Source: Bacillota bacterium (lineage in GTDB: Bacteria > Bacillota > UBA994 > UBA5500). From it: 64,000 bases of DNA. The stretch covers positions 79,758-143,757 of the forward strand of contig JAEZJZ010000078.1 in NCBI GenBank assembly GCA_023436245.1, given 5' to 3'. Shown here piece by piece: positions 28,166 through 37,776 of the stretch. Numbering within the stretch: position 1 is the first letter of the stretch; the number at the start of each line of letters is the position of its first letter. The notes beneath the pieces are model-generated. The model did not search any database. It saw only the letters and a list, made by a program, of their open reading frames with translations, and had not been told where the DNA came from. Both the position numbers and the translations under genes were made by a program.

Positions 28166-30056
28166 TGCCTACTGGGAGCGCCGCGCCAGGCAGAGGATGG
28201 CGCAGTACCACCGGTCCGCCGACAGCACCATCAACACAGTCACCCGGGCATACGACAAGGCCGTCGCGGACCTGACAGTCGAGATCGAGGCCATCTACAA
28301 CACCTTCGGCGAGAACGGCCAACTCACCCCGGCGGAAGCACGGGCAGCATTGAATGAGGTTATCTCTAGGGGAGAATGGCAGGCACTCAAGGGTAGTTTG
28401 AACCAGATCAAGGACAGGGACATCCGCAAGCAGGTACTTGCTAAGCTGAACGCGCCTGCCTACCGGGCGCGCATCACCCGCCTCGAGGCGCTCAGGGCCC
28501 AGGCATATGTCCAGTCCAAGGTCATCGCCGATGTCGAGCTGGCTGCGGGTAAGGCTGGCTACATGGACGTCATCAACGAGGCCTACTACCGGACCATGTT
28601 TGATCTGCAGAAGGGGCTTGGGGTGGGCTTTGAGTTCGCGGCCATACCGAATCGCGTCGTGAAGACAATCCTGAAGCGTCCCTGGAGTGGACGGCACTTT
28701 AGCAGCCGCATCTGGGGCAATACTGATTACCTGGCGGACAAGCTGACGGAGATCATTACGGCTGGTTTCATGTCGGGCGCCGGGGTAGCAAGCATGCGCC
28801 GGCAGCTGCAGGAAATCACAGGGGCTGGCAAATACGCTGCGGCCAGGCTGATCAGGACTGAGACCACTTATATGGCCAACGCTGCCGAGATGGAGAGTTA
28901 CGCTGAGGCAGGCATTGACCAGTACATCTATGTGGCCACGTTGGACAGCAGGACTTCTCCTATCTGCCAGAAGCTTGACCGCAAGGTGTTCCCCATCAAG
29001 GACGCCGTTCCTGGCAAGAACCTGCCGCCGATGCACCCGAACTGCCGGAGCACGACCAGGGCGTATCTGGGGGCAGATACTCTGAAGGGCGTCGAACGCC
29101 GGGCAAGAGACCCCGAGACTGGGGAGACGTACCTAGTGCCAGGGGACATGGACTACGCCGAGTGGCGGAAGCAGTACGTGAGAGACGCTGCCAGCAATGC
29201 AAGCGCGCCCGGGGCCATTGCCAATGTGGGTAATAATGGGTACAATCAGGATGCGGACTATGTCGTCTCTGCCAGGGATATTTACGCAAAGTGGGACAAG
29301 ACCGACAGGAAGGTGTTCGCGGATGAGCTGCTGAAGGCCAACGGGCTGAACCTGCAGGCTCAGATCCACCCTCTTGGGAAGCCATTCGGGCAGTGCGCTC
29401 TCAACCTTGGGGATCCGCAGATGAGGGTACTAAGCTATGAGCTTAACCTAGACGACAAGCGACCACATCGCTATCAGGTCAAGACGGCGTTTCATGAGCT
29501 GTTTCACGCAAAAGCGAATGGTCTGACCCACGATGCACGCATTCTTGGCTTCGGCGACTGGGGATTCTGCGATGATACCTTCGCCGAGGTGAGTGCGCAT
29601 TACTTTGCCAGAGAGATTGGTATCTCAGAGAACATCACCCCAAGCTACGCGAACCACCTCGCCCGGGCATTGCCTAGGCTGAAGGTATTGCCCGAGTTCG
29701 CTAACTGCCGTTCCATAGCCGATTTTGGCGCTGTGGCGGCAAAGTTCAGGTTTGGACAGACTCCGACCGCCGTATGGAGTGACCTGCACAGACATATCCA
29801 GACGGACCCGGTCAATCTGCTCAAGTACTCGCGAAACTACGTTGACTATATAGAGCAGAATGTAGAGTTGCTTGTGGATCAGCTCTTGGAGAACGTCCCC
29901 ATGTATCGGTCCCATCGCTCCAGTATGATAGCTGATGCTCACTCTCTGCTAGACGTGATCAAGACCGGGAACGGTCAGCTAACAAGTAACCAAGGCTTCG
30001 TGCTTGATAATGTTCTGATTCTGGCCATGAATCACAAGGGAGTGGTTGTTCCATGA
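28155..30056 (+). CDS. minor head (Mu F/SPP1 gp7-like) morphogenesis protein with about 300 aa C-terminal HExxH domain
   Basis: Phage_Mu_F signature ...PPMHPNCRST. C-terminal region contains FHELFH (29493..29507). Confidence 0.7.
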   Translation: MRSSAYWERRARQRMAQYHRSADSTINTVTRAYDKAVADLTVEIEAIYNTFGENGQLTPAEARAALNEVISRGEWQALKGSLNQIKDRDIRKQVLAKLNAPAYRARITRLEALRAQAYVQSKVIADVELAAGKAGYMDVINEAYYRTMFDLQKGLGVGFEFAAIPNRVVKTILKRPWSGRHFSSRIWGNTDYLADKLTEIITAGFMSGAGVASMRRQLQEITGAGKYAAARLIRTETTYMANAAEMESYAEAGIDQYIYVATLDSRTSPICQKLDRKVFPIKDAVPGKNLPPMHPNCRSTTRAYLGADTLKGVERRARDPETGETYLVPGDMDYAEWRKQYVRDAASNASAPGAIANVGNNGYNQDADYVVSARDIYAKWDKTDRKVFADELLKANGLNLQAQIHPLGKPFGQCALNLGDPQMRVLSYELNLDDKRPHRYQVKTAFHELFHAKANGLTHDARILGFGDWGFCDDTFAEVSAHYFAREIGISENITPSYANHLARALPRLKVLPEFANCRSIADFGAVAAKFRFGQTPTAVWSDLHRHIQTDPVNLLKYSRNYVDYIEQNVELLVDQLLENVPMYRSHRSSMIADAHSLLDVIKTGNGQLTSNQGFVLDNVLILAMNHKGVVVP

Positions 30057-30259
30057 TCTATATTCCGGATGAGTGGATGGTCGATGAACTGAAGAAGGAG
30101 CAGGTCCATGACATACTCGGGCGACATTTCTTTACGGACCTCAAGATTGAGGGAGAACCTGACCACAATGCTCTGGCCATTGCTGAGTTGCTGCAAATTG
30201 GAGAACACATCATCGCAGGCATGTTGGAGCGAAACGAGATACGCTTTGGTCTAGCCTAG
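30053..30259 (+). CDS. hypothetical protein
   Basis: ATGA overlap with the upstream gene. Confidence 0.4.
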   Translation: MIYIPDEWMVDELKKEQVHDILGRHFFTDLKIEGEPDHNALAIAELLQIGEHIIAGMLERNEIRFGLA

Positions 30260-30276
30260 AACCAAATAGTGAACTG

Positions 30277-30306
30277 CCACCTTTCGCGCGGAAGGTGGTT
30301 TTTTCA
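30277..30306 (+). terminator. rho-independent terminator
   Basis: CCACCTT-loop-AAGGTGG followed by TTTTTT. Confidence 0.55.
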
Positions 30307-30376
30307 TGCCCAAGAGTGCTGACGGCATAAAAAGCTGCACGACTAAGCCGACGGGCGTAAAACGGGAGGAATCTCT

Positions 30377-31000
30377 GTGGATAAGGAAGAGCTGTTCTAT
30401 TTCGACCTTCAGTGCTTCGCTGATGACGGGGGAAACGGTGATGGTAGCAAGGGGGACGGTGGTGGCGCCGACGGCGGGAATGGAGCCGATTCAGGTTCCG
30501 ATGACGGCAACTCGGGAGGGGACAACAAGACCTTCTCCCAGGACGACGTGAACCGGATTCTTGGTGAGCGTCTCTCCCAGGCTCAGGCAAAGTGGGAGAA
30601 GGACCTGCAGGCCAAACTGGAGGCCGCCAAGACCGAGGCTGAGAAGCTGGCCAAGATGAACGCCGACCAGAAGGCGGAGTACGAGAAGCAGAAGCGTGAG
30701 GATGCTCTGAAGAAGCGCGAGGAAACGCTGCAGCAGCGCGAACGCGATATCAGCCTGCGCGAACTGCGGGCGACTGCGCTTGGCACACTGGCGGAGAAGG
30801 GCATGCCGGAGCAGTTGGCAGATCTGCTTAACTACACAGACGCCGAAAGCACCAGCAAGAGCATTGAGACGGTCGAGAAGATCTTCCGCACTGCCGTTGA
30901 GGCCGGGGTAAATGAACGGCTGAAGGGCAACACCCCTAAGGGTGGGGGTAAGTCGTACGTCACAGGCGACGAGATATCCAAGATCTTCGCGCAGAGGTAA
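30377..31000 (+). CDS. scaffolding protein
   Basis: GTG after GGGAGGA. Gly/Asp-rich N-terminus then charged coiled coil. Precedes the capsid gene. Confidence 0.6.
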   Translation: MDKEELFYFDLQCFADDGGNGDGSKGDGGGADGGNGADSGSDDGNSGGDNKTFSQDDVNRILGERLSQAQAKWEKDLQAKLEAAKTEAEKLAKMNADQKAEYEKQKREDALKKREETLQQRERDISLRELRATALGTLAEKGMPEQLADLLNYTDAESTSKSIETVEKIFRTAVEAGVNERLKGNTPKGGGKSYVTGDEISKIFAQR

Positions 31001-31023
31001 GCGCAAAACAAGGAGGAAGATGA

Positions 31024-31947
31024 ATGCCTATCAACACTTTGGAGTACGCAAAGCTGTTCCAGACCGAGCTGGACAAGCAGGTCCTCCAGCAGGCGACTAC
31101 CGGCTGGATGGAGGCCAACGCCGGCCAGGTTCGCTACAACGGCGGCGACGAAATCAAGATTCCAGACATCGTGGTACAGGGTCTGGCGGATTATGACCGT
31201 GACAACGGCTTCAACCGCGGCGCCGTCACCTTCAAGTACCAGACCCACAAGCTGACCCAAGACCGTGGCCGCACCTTCCACATCGATGCCATGGACGTCG
31301 ACGAGACCAATTTCGGCGTGGCAGCTGCGAACGTGCTGGCCGAGTTCCAGCGTACGCAGGTCATCCCGGAGATCGACAGCTACCGGTACAGCCGGATTGC
31401 TGCGCTGGCCGTCGCCGGATCCCAGAGTGAGGAGTACACGCCGGCGGAAGCAACTGTGCTGCAGAAGTTGCTTTCTCACCTCTACAAGCTGGCAGATGCC
31501 GGTCTAGACTTGTCCCAGCTCGTGATTCCGATCAGCTTCAAGGCGTATGAGGTGCTCACTAACAACGAGCGCATCCTGAAGAAGCTGGATGTAGCCCAGT
31601 TCGCGCAGGGCGGGGTAAACCTGACCATCAAGTCGTTGGAAGGCGTGCCGCTCATCCCTGTGTCCTCCAACCGCATGAAGAGCGCCTACGTGTTCTACGA
31701 TGGCGCTACCGCCGGGCAGACCGCGGGCGGGTTCGTGCCGGCGCCGACTGCAGTCGACATCAACTGGCTGGTGCTGAACCGGGCAGCCGTAATCGGCATC
31801 TCGAAGACCGACGTCGTTCGCATCTTCGACCCGATGGCCAACCAGGACGCGAACGCCTGGAAGATTGACTACCGGAAGTACCACGACCTGATTATCCCGC
31901 AGAACAAGATCGCCACGATCTTCGCCTGCGTCACGCCGGCTGCGTAG
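31024..31947 (+). CDS. major capsid protein
   Basis: ATG after AAGGAGGAAG. 307 aa. Position after scaffold. Confidence 0.65.
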   Translation: MPINTLEYAKLFQTELDKQVLQQATTGWMEANAGQVRYNGGDEIKIPDIVVQGLADYDRDNGFNRGAVTFKYQTHKLTQDRGRTFHIDAMDVDETNFGVAAANVLAEFQRTQVIPEIDSYRYSRIAALAVAGSQSEEYTPAEATVLQKLLSHLYKLADAGLDLSQLVIPISFKAYEVLTNNERILKKLDVAQFAQGGVNLTIKSLEGVPLIPVSSNRMKSAYVFYDGATAGQTAGGFVPAPTAVDINWLVLNRAAVIGISKTDVVRIFDPMANQDANAWKIDYRKYHDLIIPQNKIATIFACVTPAA

Positions 31948-31960
31948 GAGGCGATGACCG

Positions 31961-32146
31961 ATGATTACCTTGAAGCGACTGAACGTCGTCAAGATTGTCG
32001 ACAGTGAAGAGAAGGCTCAGGCCCTGATTGTGAAGGGCTTTGAGCGTGTAGTCACTCCGGCTCCCAAACCGAAGAAGTCGGCTGGTGCCGGAGACAAGAA
32101 GGCTGCTGACGAGAAGACCACAGAAGACCAGGAGGGCGGCAAATAG
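31961..32146 (+). CDS. small head-associated protein
   Basis: ATG after GTAGGAGG. Lys-rich tail. Confidence 0.35.
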   Translation: MITLKRLNVVKIVDSEEKAQALIVKGFERVVTPAPKPKKSAGAGDKKAADEKTTEDQEGGK

Positions 32147-32170
32147 CCGCCCTCCGCCCTTGGGGGTGGG

Positions 32171-32485
32171 ATGATGACCCAGCTGGAGAAGCTGCGGTTC
32201 CAGATCGGTATCGACGGAACCGCGCAGGACACTCTGCTGCAGTTGTTGCTTGACGATGCCGCGAGCGACCTGCTCACCTGGTGCAATCGCATATCACTGC
32301 CGGCGGCGCTGGAGCCGACACAGAGGCAGATCGCCATCATCCGGTACAACACGATGGGCGTAGAAGGACAGACTTCGCACTCTGAGGGCGGCGTCAGCCG
32401 TTCCTTCGAGGAGTTGCCGATGTCCATCCGGAACATCGTCGGTCAGTTCCGGCTAATGAAGGTGGCCACCTATGCCCCGGCTTAG
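32171..32485 (+). CDS. head-tail connector (gp6-like)
   Basis: MTQLEKLRFQIGIDGTAQDTLLQLLLDDAASDL matches the Phage_connect_1 pattern. Confidence 0.6.
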   Translation: MMTQLEKLRFQIGIDGTAQDTLLQLLLDDAASDLLTWCNRISLPAALEPTQRQIAIIRYNTMGVEGQTSHSEGGVSRSFEELPMSIRNIVGQFRLMKVATYAPA

Positions 32486-32798
32486 GCTGAGGGATCTGCG
32501 GCCCGTCGCTGTTCGACGCCGAGTTGCCGTCCAGGAGCCAGACGGCACCAAGCATGAGGATTGGGCGCCGACCGGACACGTGGTCATGGCCAATGTCCAG
32601 CCGGCCGGCGGCCGTATGCTGGCGGAGATGTATGGTCAGCGCCTGGCGTACATGCAGACGCTCTTCGTGCCGTATGGCACAGACATTCGGGAGACCGATG
32701 GATTGCTGCTCTATGCCTCGGAAAAGCCTGACTATCAGGTAGTGGCCGTTCGCCCCTGGACAGATCATGTGATCGTTGACGCAGAGAAGGTGAGATAG
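32472..32798 (+). CDS. head closure/head-tail adaptor protein
   Basis: Position and size. Overlapping start. Confidence 0.45.
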   Translation: MPRLRLRDLRPVAVRRRVAVQEPDGTKHEDWAPTGHVVMANVQPAGGRMLAEMYGQRLAYMQTLFVPYGTDIRETDGLLLYASEKPDYQVVAVRPWTDHVIVDAEKVR

Positions 32799-33343
32799 TG
32801 GCTGGGCTCAAGGGATTGGACAGCCTGGTGCGCAAGCTAGACGCTCTCGGCGGCAATAGCCAGAAGGCAGTAGCAGATGGGATGCTCCGGGCTGTGAACA
32901 AGGTGCAGGGTGACGCTAAAGAGTCCTGCCCGGTGAATGATGGACAGCTGCGCAACAGCATATTGGGCGAGGTGGAAGAGCGACACGGCGCTATCGTCGG
33001 CGTCGTGTCCACCAACGCGAGGCACGCACCCTATGTCGAGTTTGGCACCGGTCCGAGAGGCGAGGCATCGCCAAAGGACCTGCCTCAAGATTTGGCTGGC
33101 AAGATTCAGTACAAGCAGGACGGCTGGTGGATTCACGAGAGCCAGATCGATGCGGAGACCGCCGAGAAGTATCACTTCTTTCGTTGGGAGGCACCGGATG
33201 GTCAGGTGTTCTATCGGTCAGAAGGCCAGCCGGCACACCCATTTCTTTATCCGGCGCTCAAGAAGAACGAGGGCTTTGTCCGAACTGCTGTTGCTGAGAG
33301 CCTGAAGAACGAGATCGCAAAGCTCACGGGAGGTAGCGCTTAA
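32798..33343 (+). CDS. HK97 gp10-family tail component
   Basis: N-terminus LKGLDSLVRKLDALGGNSQKAVADGMLRAVNKVQGDAK. Confidence 0.6.
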   Translation: MAGLKGLDSLVRKLDALGGNSQKAVADGMLRAVNKVQGDAKESCPVNDGQLRNSILGEVEERHGAIVGVVSTNARHAPYVEFGTGPRGEASPKDLPQDLAGKIQYKQDGWWIHESQIDAETAEKYHFFRWEAPDGQVFYRSEGQPAHPFLYPALKKNEGFVRTAVAESLKNEIAKLTGGSA

Positions 33344-33696
33344 TGTATGATGCCAAGCCCGTCGTGATGCAGATCCTAAGCGCCATCCCTGGGGTCACAG
33401 TCTCCGACGCCTACCCAAGCGATTGGAGCAGGCTGCCGCATATCTCGTTCTACGAGGGCGCCAACAGTGACCACCTGAAGACCGGCAGCCGAGCACTCTC
33501 GGATATCTCCATCCAGATAGACATCTGGTGCAGGGGGTCCACTGGCGGATTGGCTGCTCAGGTGGATGAACAGATGAACAGCATTGGATTCCGCCGGCAG
33601 TTCACAGCTGATGTGCCGGATCCGTCCGGTATCAAGCACAAGACCATGCGTTACCGGGGTATCGTTGATGCCCGCACTAGTTTAGTTCACCAGTAA
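33343..33696 (+). CDS. tail completion-like protein
   Basis: Position. TAATG overlap. Confidence 0.4.
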   Translation: MYDAKPVVMQILSAIPGVTVSDAYPSDWSRLPHISFYEGANSDHLKTGSRALSDISIQIDIWCRGSTGGLAAQVDEQMNSIGFRRQFTADVPDPSGIKHKTMRYRGIVDARTSLVHQ

Positions 33697-33708
33697 GGAG
33701 GTTGAGTC

Positions 33709-34128
33709 ATGTCGGGACTATTGAGCAAGGATACGACACTCAAGTACAAGACTGGGGCCATCACTGAGTTCACTGAGATCCCTGACCTGATGGAGGTTCC
33801 GGAGCTCGGCGGCGATCCTGAGAAGGTGGAGGTCACCACGCTCAAGGACAGCGTCAAGAAGTACATCGCCGGTGTCCGCGATTTGGGCGACCTGGCGTTC
33901 AAGTTTCTCTACGACAACTCCGGGGCGGCCAGCAACTACCGGATCCTGAAGGGCCTGCAGACCGCGAATACGCTGACTACGTTCCAGGTGGAGTATCCGG
34001 ATGGTACGGCGCATCAGTTTGATGCGTATGTGAGCGTCAAGATGGACTCTGGTGCAGTCAACTCGGCGCTCACCTTTGTGGCGACGATGCTTCTGCAGAG
34101 CGACATCACCGTGACAGATCCGGTATAG
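33709..34128 (+). CDS. major tail protein
   Basis: ATG after AAGGAGG. 139 aa, immediately before chaperone and TMP. Strong hairpin follows. Confidence 0.55.
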   Translation: MSGLLSKDTTLKYKTGAITEFTEIPDLMEVPELGGDPEKVEVTTLKDSVKKYIAGVRDLGDLAFKFLYDNSGAASNYRILKGLQTANTLTTFQVEYPDGTAHQFDAYVSVKMDSGAVNSALTFVATMLLQSDITVTDPV

Positions 34129-34143
34129 ACCGACAGATAGTGT

Positions 34144-34171
34144 GCGACCCCTTCCGATCGGGAGGGGTCGC
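34144..34171 (+). terminator. hairpin/attenuating terminator after major tail gene
   Basis: GCGACCCC-TTCCGATCGGGA-GGGGTCGC perfect stem. Confidence 0.45.
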
Positions 34172-34194
34172 TTATTGAGAAGGAGGAAAATCGC

Positions 34195-34542
34195 ATGCTT
34201 TACACCACATTCCGCGTGGCCGAAAGCGAGTACAAGCTTCGCCTGCCCGTAAAGGTGATTGCTGATATCGAGCGCAAGCTGGGCGGTCGGTCTATCATCG
34301 GCCTCTTCGGCAACGGCGACATTAAGGACCTACCTAACGTCACGGCCATCGTCACAGTGCTTCACGGTGCCTTGCAGACGTACCACCATGGCATCACCTT
34401 GGACAAGACCTACGAGATTCTCGAAGAGTACCTGGCCAGTGGCGGGTCCTACGCCGGCATCATCAGCGAGTTCGTGGAACTGCTGAAGGTGAGTGGTTTT
34501 TTCAGGGAAGCTCCGGACTCGAGTCAGGAACTGACGGAGTAG
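34195..34542 (+). CDS. tail assembly chaperone (G-like); -1 frameshift extension to 34994 (T-like product)
   Basis: ATG after AAGGAGG. Slippery heptamer T_TTT_TTC at 34497..34503. The -1 frame is open to 34994 and overlaps the TMP start. Confidence 0.55.
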   Translation: MLYTTFRVAESEYKLRLPVKVIADIERKLGGRSIIGLFGNGDIKDLPNVTAIVTVLHGALQTYHHGITLDKTYEILEEYLASGGSYAGIISEFVELLKVSGFFREAPDSSQELTE

Positions 34543-34920
34543 ACGAGCCGGAAGAAGGGGACATCACAACCCTATCCGCCCTGATCGACCAGATCTATCC
34601 CCGGGCGGTAGAGCACGGTGTAGACTCTCTGCGGTACTGGGATATGACCTACCGCGAGATTCTGGTGGCGATCCGGGGCAGTGAGGCGTGCCGGTTGGCC
34701 AACCTCCAGGAGCAGGCCTTCATCGCTTACCGACAGAGCGATGTGATCGCCACTCTGGTCGGGATCGTCCTGGGCAGTAAGCAGAAGGCGCCGCGAATCG
34801 ACGAGGCGTTCCCAGGGGTGTTCCCCAAGCATGAGCAACCGAAACAGCAGAGCTGGCAGCTGATGAAGGCCAGGGTTGAGGAGTACGCCGCGGAGCGTCG
34901 AAGGCGAGGTGAGAAAGCAG

Positions 34921-37407
34921 GTGGCTGCGACAACGCTGGAGGAACTCCAGGTTCTGATAACAGCAGAGACCAAGGGGCTCCGCAAGGAGCTTGATGGCGT
35001 CAAGACGCAGCTCGATGGGACGAGCAAGGCTGTGGCCAAGTCCACCGCCGGCATCGGCGCGACCCTGAAGAAGCTCGGAGTGGCCCTAGCCGGCGCCTTT
35101 GCCGTTCGGCAGATCGTGAGATTCGGCGCAGCTGCTCTTCGGTCGGCCAGCGAGGTTGAGGGCGCCATGCTCGGCCTGCAGAGCATCCTGGAGGGACAGG
35201 GGCGGAGTTTCGGAAGAGCTAATGGGTTCATCCAGGAGTACATTAGCGATGGCCTTGTCCCTTTGACGGATGCGGTCACGGCTTACAAGAACCTGGCCGC
35301 CCGCGGGTACAACGATGAGCAAATTCAGAGCGTCATGGGACGCCTGAAAGATGCGGCCGCGTTCGGTCGCCAGTCTTCGCTCTCCTTGGGTGAGGCAGTG
35401 AAGTCCGCCAGCGAGGGTTTGAAAAACGAGAACTCCGTCCTGGTCGACAATGCTGGGGTAACCAAGAACGTGGCCAAGATGTGGGACGAGTACGCCCGAA
35501 GCATCGGCAAAAGCGCCAATCAGCTCACACAGCAGGAGAAGATTCAGGCCGAAGTCAACGGCATCATACAGGAAACTAGGTTCCAGGTGGGCGACGCCGC
35601 CAAGTATGCAGACACCTATGCCGGTAGATTGGCGCGGCTGTCAAAGACCTTGCAGGACGTGAAGAGGAACATCGGCCAGGCATTCATGCCGATTGCCAAC
35701 GCCGTCCTGCCATTGCTCCAGGCGATGGCTAGCGGCCTAGCGAGGGTAACCGGCTTCATCGCCCAGTTCATGCAGGCGCTGTTTGGCTCAGGCAAGGCCG
35801 CGGCCAATAGTTCTCAGGAGGTCGCACAGGCTCAACTCGGCGTTGCTGATGCTGTCACCGAGGCAGGAGAGGCGGCCAAGGGCAGCGTGACTGGATTCGA
35901 TGAGATTAACCAGCTAGCAGACAAGTCGGACTCAGGTGCACCAACTGCTTCAGCAGGTGTTCCAGGTCTACCAGAGATCGAGGCAGATCCTGATGGCGGG
36001 GCGGTTGGTGGGGCGCTGACGAGCATTTCTGAGAAGGCTCAGAAGATGGCTCAAGGGGTGCGGAGTGCCTTCACTTCCGTCAGGGATTCGATCGTCTCGA
36101 ACAAGGACGTTATCGTGCCCGTACTCGGTGCCATTGCTGGAGCGCTAGCTTCCCTCGGAGTCTACCAATCAGTCGTAGGAGTCGTGAACTTTGTCAAAAG
36201 GCTGGCTGAGCTGAACCTCGCCTCCAGGGTTCAGGGGCTCTGGTCCGTACTGGCGAAGCACCCGGTACTTCTTGTAGTCACCGCAATCGGGGCGCTGATT
36301 GGAGCCCTAGTCACGGCCTACCGAACAAATGAGGAGTTCAGGTCTGCCATGGACAACCTAGTCGCTCGTCTCAAGACGGCACTGGCTCCTGCCATTGAGT
36401 TAGTGCGAGATGTGCTCATTGGCGTCTGGAACGGGGTGTTTGTGCCCTTCGGGGAGTTCTTGGTCTGGCTTTGGAAGATGGCTATTGTGCCAGTGGCTGT
36501 CGTCCTGACTGATGTGCTTGGCGTGGCCCTAGGCGTGGTGGGTAGCGCTGCCTCCTCACTCTGGAACAACGTGTTGGTGCCGTTGGGAGACTTTCTGATC
36601 GGTGTACTGGGTGCAGCGATCCGTGGAGTCGTGGACATCTTGGTGTACCTGTGGCACGACACGTTGGTGCCGGTAGGGCTGTTTCTTAGCGACGTTTTCC
36701 AGCCCATCATCCGAGACTTTTCTGCCGTGTTCATGTTCCTCTGGAAGAACGTGCTACTGCCCTTGATTGAGTTTCTCGCCGGGGAGTTCACGGTGCTGTT
36801 CAGCGGCACATTTGATCTGATCGGAGGCATCATCGGTGGCGCCAAGAAGGTGTTCATCGGGTTAATCGACTTCATCACCGGCGTGTTCACCGGCGATTGG
36901 CGCCGAGCCTGGGAAGGGGTTAGGAACGTCTTCAAAGGTGTTTTCGATACCCTCTGGGCCATAGTCAAATACCCCCTGAACCTGATCATCGGCGGGATCA
37001 ACCTGCTGATCAGCGGGCTGAACAAGATTAGCTTCACAGTGCCAGATTGGGTGCCCCTTATCGGCGGGAAGACATGGGGGATTAGCATTCCGCAGATCCC
37101 GCAGTTGGCTAGGGGCGGCATCATTGACCACCCCACGCTGGCCATGATCGGCGAGCGCGGTAGGGAGGCCGTTGTCCCACTTGAGAACACTGGCTTCGTC
37201 ACGTCATTGGCCAATGCCGTCGCCTCGGCTGTGGGCACGGCTCTGCTGCAAGTGCAGCAGCTAGGTGCGGGTGGGGGAAGGGGTACCTTGGAGGGCCTGG
37301 AGTTGGCCATCTACATGGACACGGTCAAGGTCGCACAGGCTACTATCCCGGCCATCGATCGGGAACGCAGCCGTACTGGTCTGAAGACTGTAATCCGGCC
37401 GATCTAG
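34921..37407 (+). CDS. tail tape measure protein
   Basis: About 828 aa. Coiled-coil N-terminus. Hydrophobic Gly/Leu/Val-rich repeats (LVPxG...FL). Position. Confidence 0.85.
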   Translation: MAATTLEELQVLITAETKGLRKELDGVKTQLDGTSKAVAKSTAGIGATLKKLGVALAGAFAVRQIVRFGAAALRSASEVEGAMLGLQSILEGQGRSFGRANGFIQEYISDGLVPLTDAVTAYKNLAARGYNDEQIQSVMGRLKDAAAFGRQSSLSLGEAVKSASEGLKNENSVLVDNAGVTKNVAKMWDEYARSIGKSANQLTQQEKIQAEVNGIIQETRFQVGDAAKYADTYAGRLARLSKTLQDVKRNIGQAFMPIANAVLPLLQAMASGLARVTGFIAQFMQALFGSGKAAANSSQEVAQAQLGVADAVTEAGEAAKGSVTGFDEINQLADKSDSGAPTASAGVPGLPEIEADPDGGAVGGALTSISEKAQKMAQGVRSAFTSVRDSIVSNKDVIVPVLGAIAGALASLGVYQSVVGVVNFVKRLAELNLASRVQGLWSVLAKHPVLLVVTAIGALIGALVTAYRTNEEFRSAMDNLVARLKTALAPAIELVRDVLIGVWNGVFVPFGEFLVWLWKMAIVPVAVVLTDVLGVALGVVGSAASSLWNNVLVPLGDFLIGVLGAAIRGVVDILVYLWHDTLVPVGLFLSDVFQPIIRDFSAVFMFLWKNVLLPLIEFLAGEFTVLFSGTFDLIGGIIGGAKKVFIGLIDFITGVFTGDWRRAWEGVRNVFKGVFDTLWAIVKYPLNLIIGGINLLISGLNKISFTVPDWVPLIGGKTWGISIPQIPQLARGGIIDHPTLAMIGERGREAVVPLENTGFVTSLANAVASAVGTALLQVQQLGAGGGRGTLEGLELAIYMDTVKVAQATIPAIDRERSRTGLKTVIRPI

Positions 37408-37418
37408 GAGGGAAATAG

Positions 37419-37763
37419 ATGATAGCCATTGATGGGGTCACAATCCCAGTACCATCCTCCTTCTCAGTCGGCCTGATGGACATCTCCAAGGCTGAACGGA
37501 ACGCCAGAGGCGACATGATCATTGAGCGAGTGGCCACCAAGCGTAAACTGGAGCTCTCATGGTTGCATCTTTCAGGGGACGAGCTGCGGCAGGTGCTGCA
37601 GCTCGTCTCACCTGTCTTCTTCTCGGTCAGCTTTCCCGACCCACAGGATGGCACAACCCGTACAGGCACCTTCTACAGCGGCGATAGATCTGTCGGGGCA
37701 ATGGACTATCGGGATGGACAGGTGCGATGGAGGGACATCAAGTTCAACCTGGTCGAGCGTTAG
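37419..37763 (+). CDS. small tail component
   Basis: ATG after TAGGAGGG. Follows TMP. Confidence 0.4.
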   Translation: MIAIDGVTIPVPSSFSVGLMDISKAERNARGDMIIERVATKRKLELSWLHLSGDELRQVLQLVSPVFFSVSFPDPQDGTTRTGTFYSGDRSVGAMDYRDGQVRWRDIKFNLVER

Positions 37764-37776
37764 GAGGTGCATAGAG

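Noticed and set aside
34644-34994. Independent 116-aa gene between chaperone and TMP
   Set aside because: No SD. Its frame is open upstream back into the chaperone gene and is reached by -1 slippage at TTTTTTC. Interpreted as the frameshift extension.
36318-37310. 330-aa antisense ORF inside the tape measure gene
   Set aside because: Composition bias (Pro/Ser/Thr/Arg) and complete overlap with TMP.
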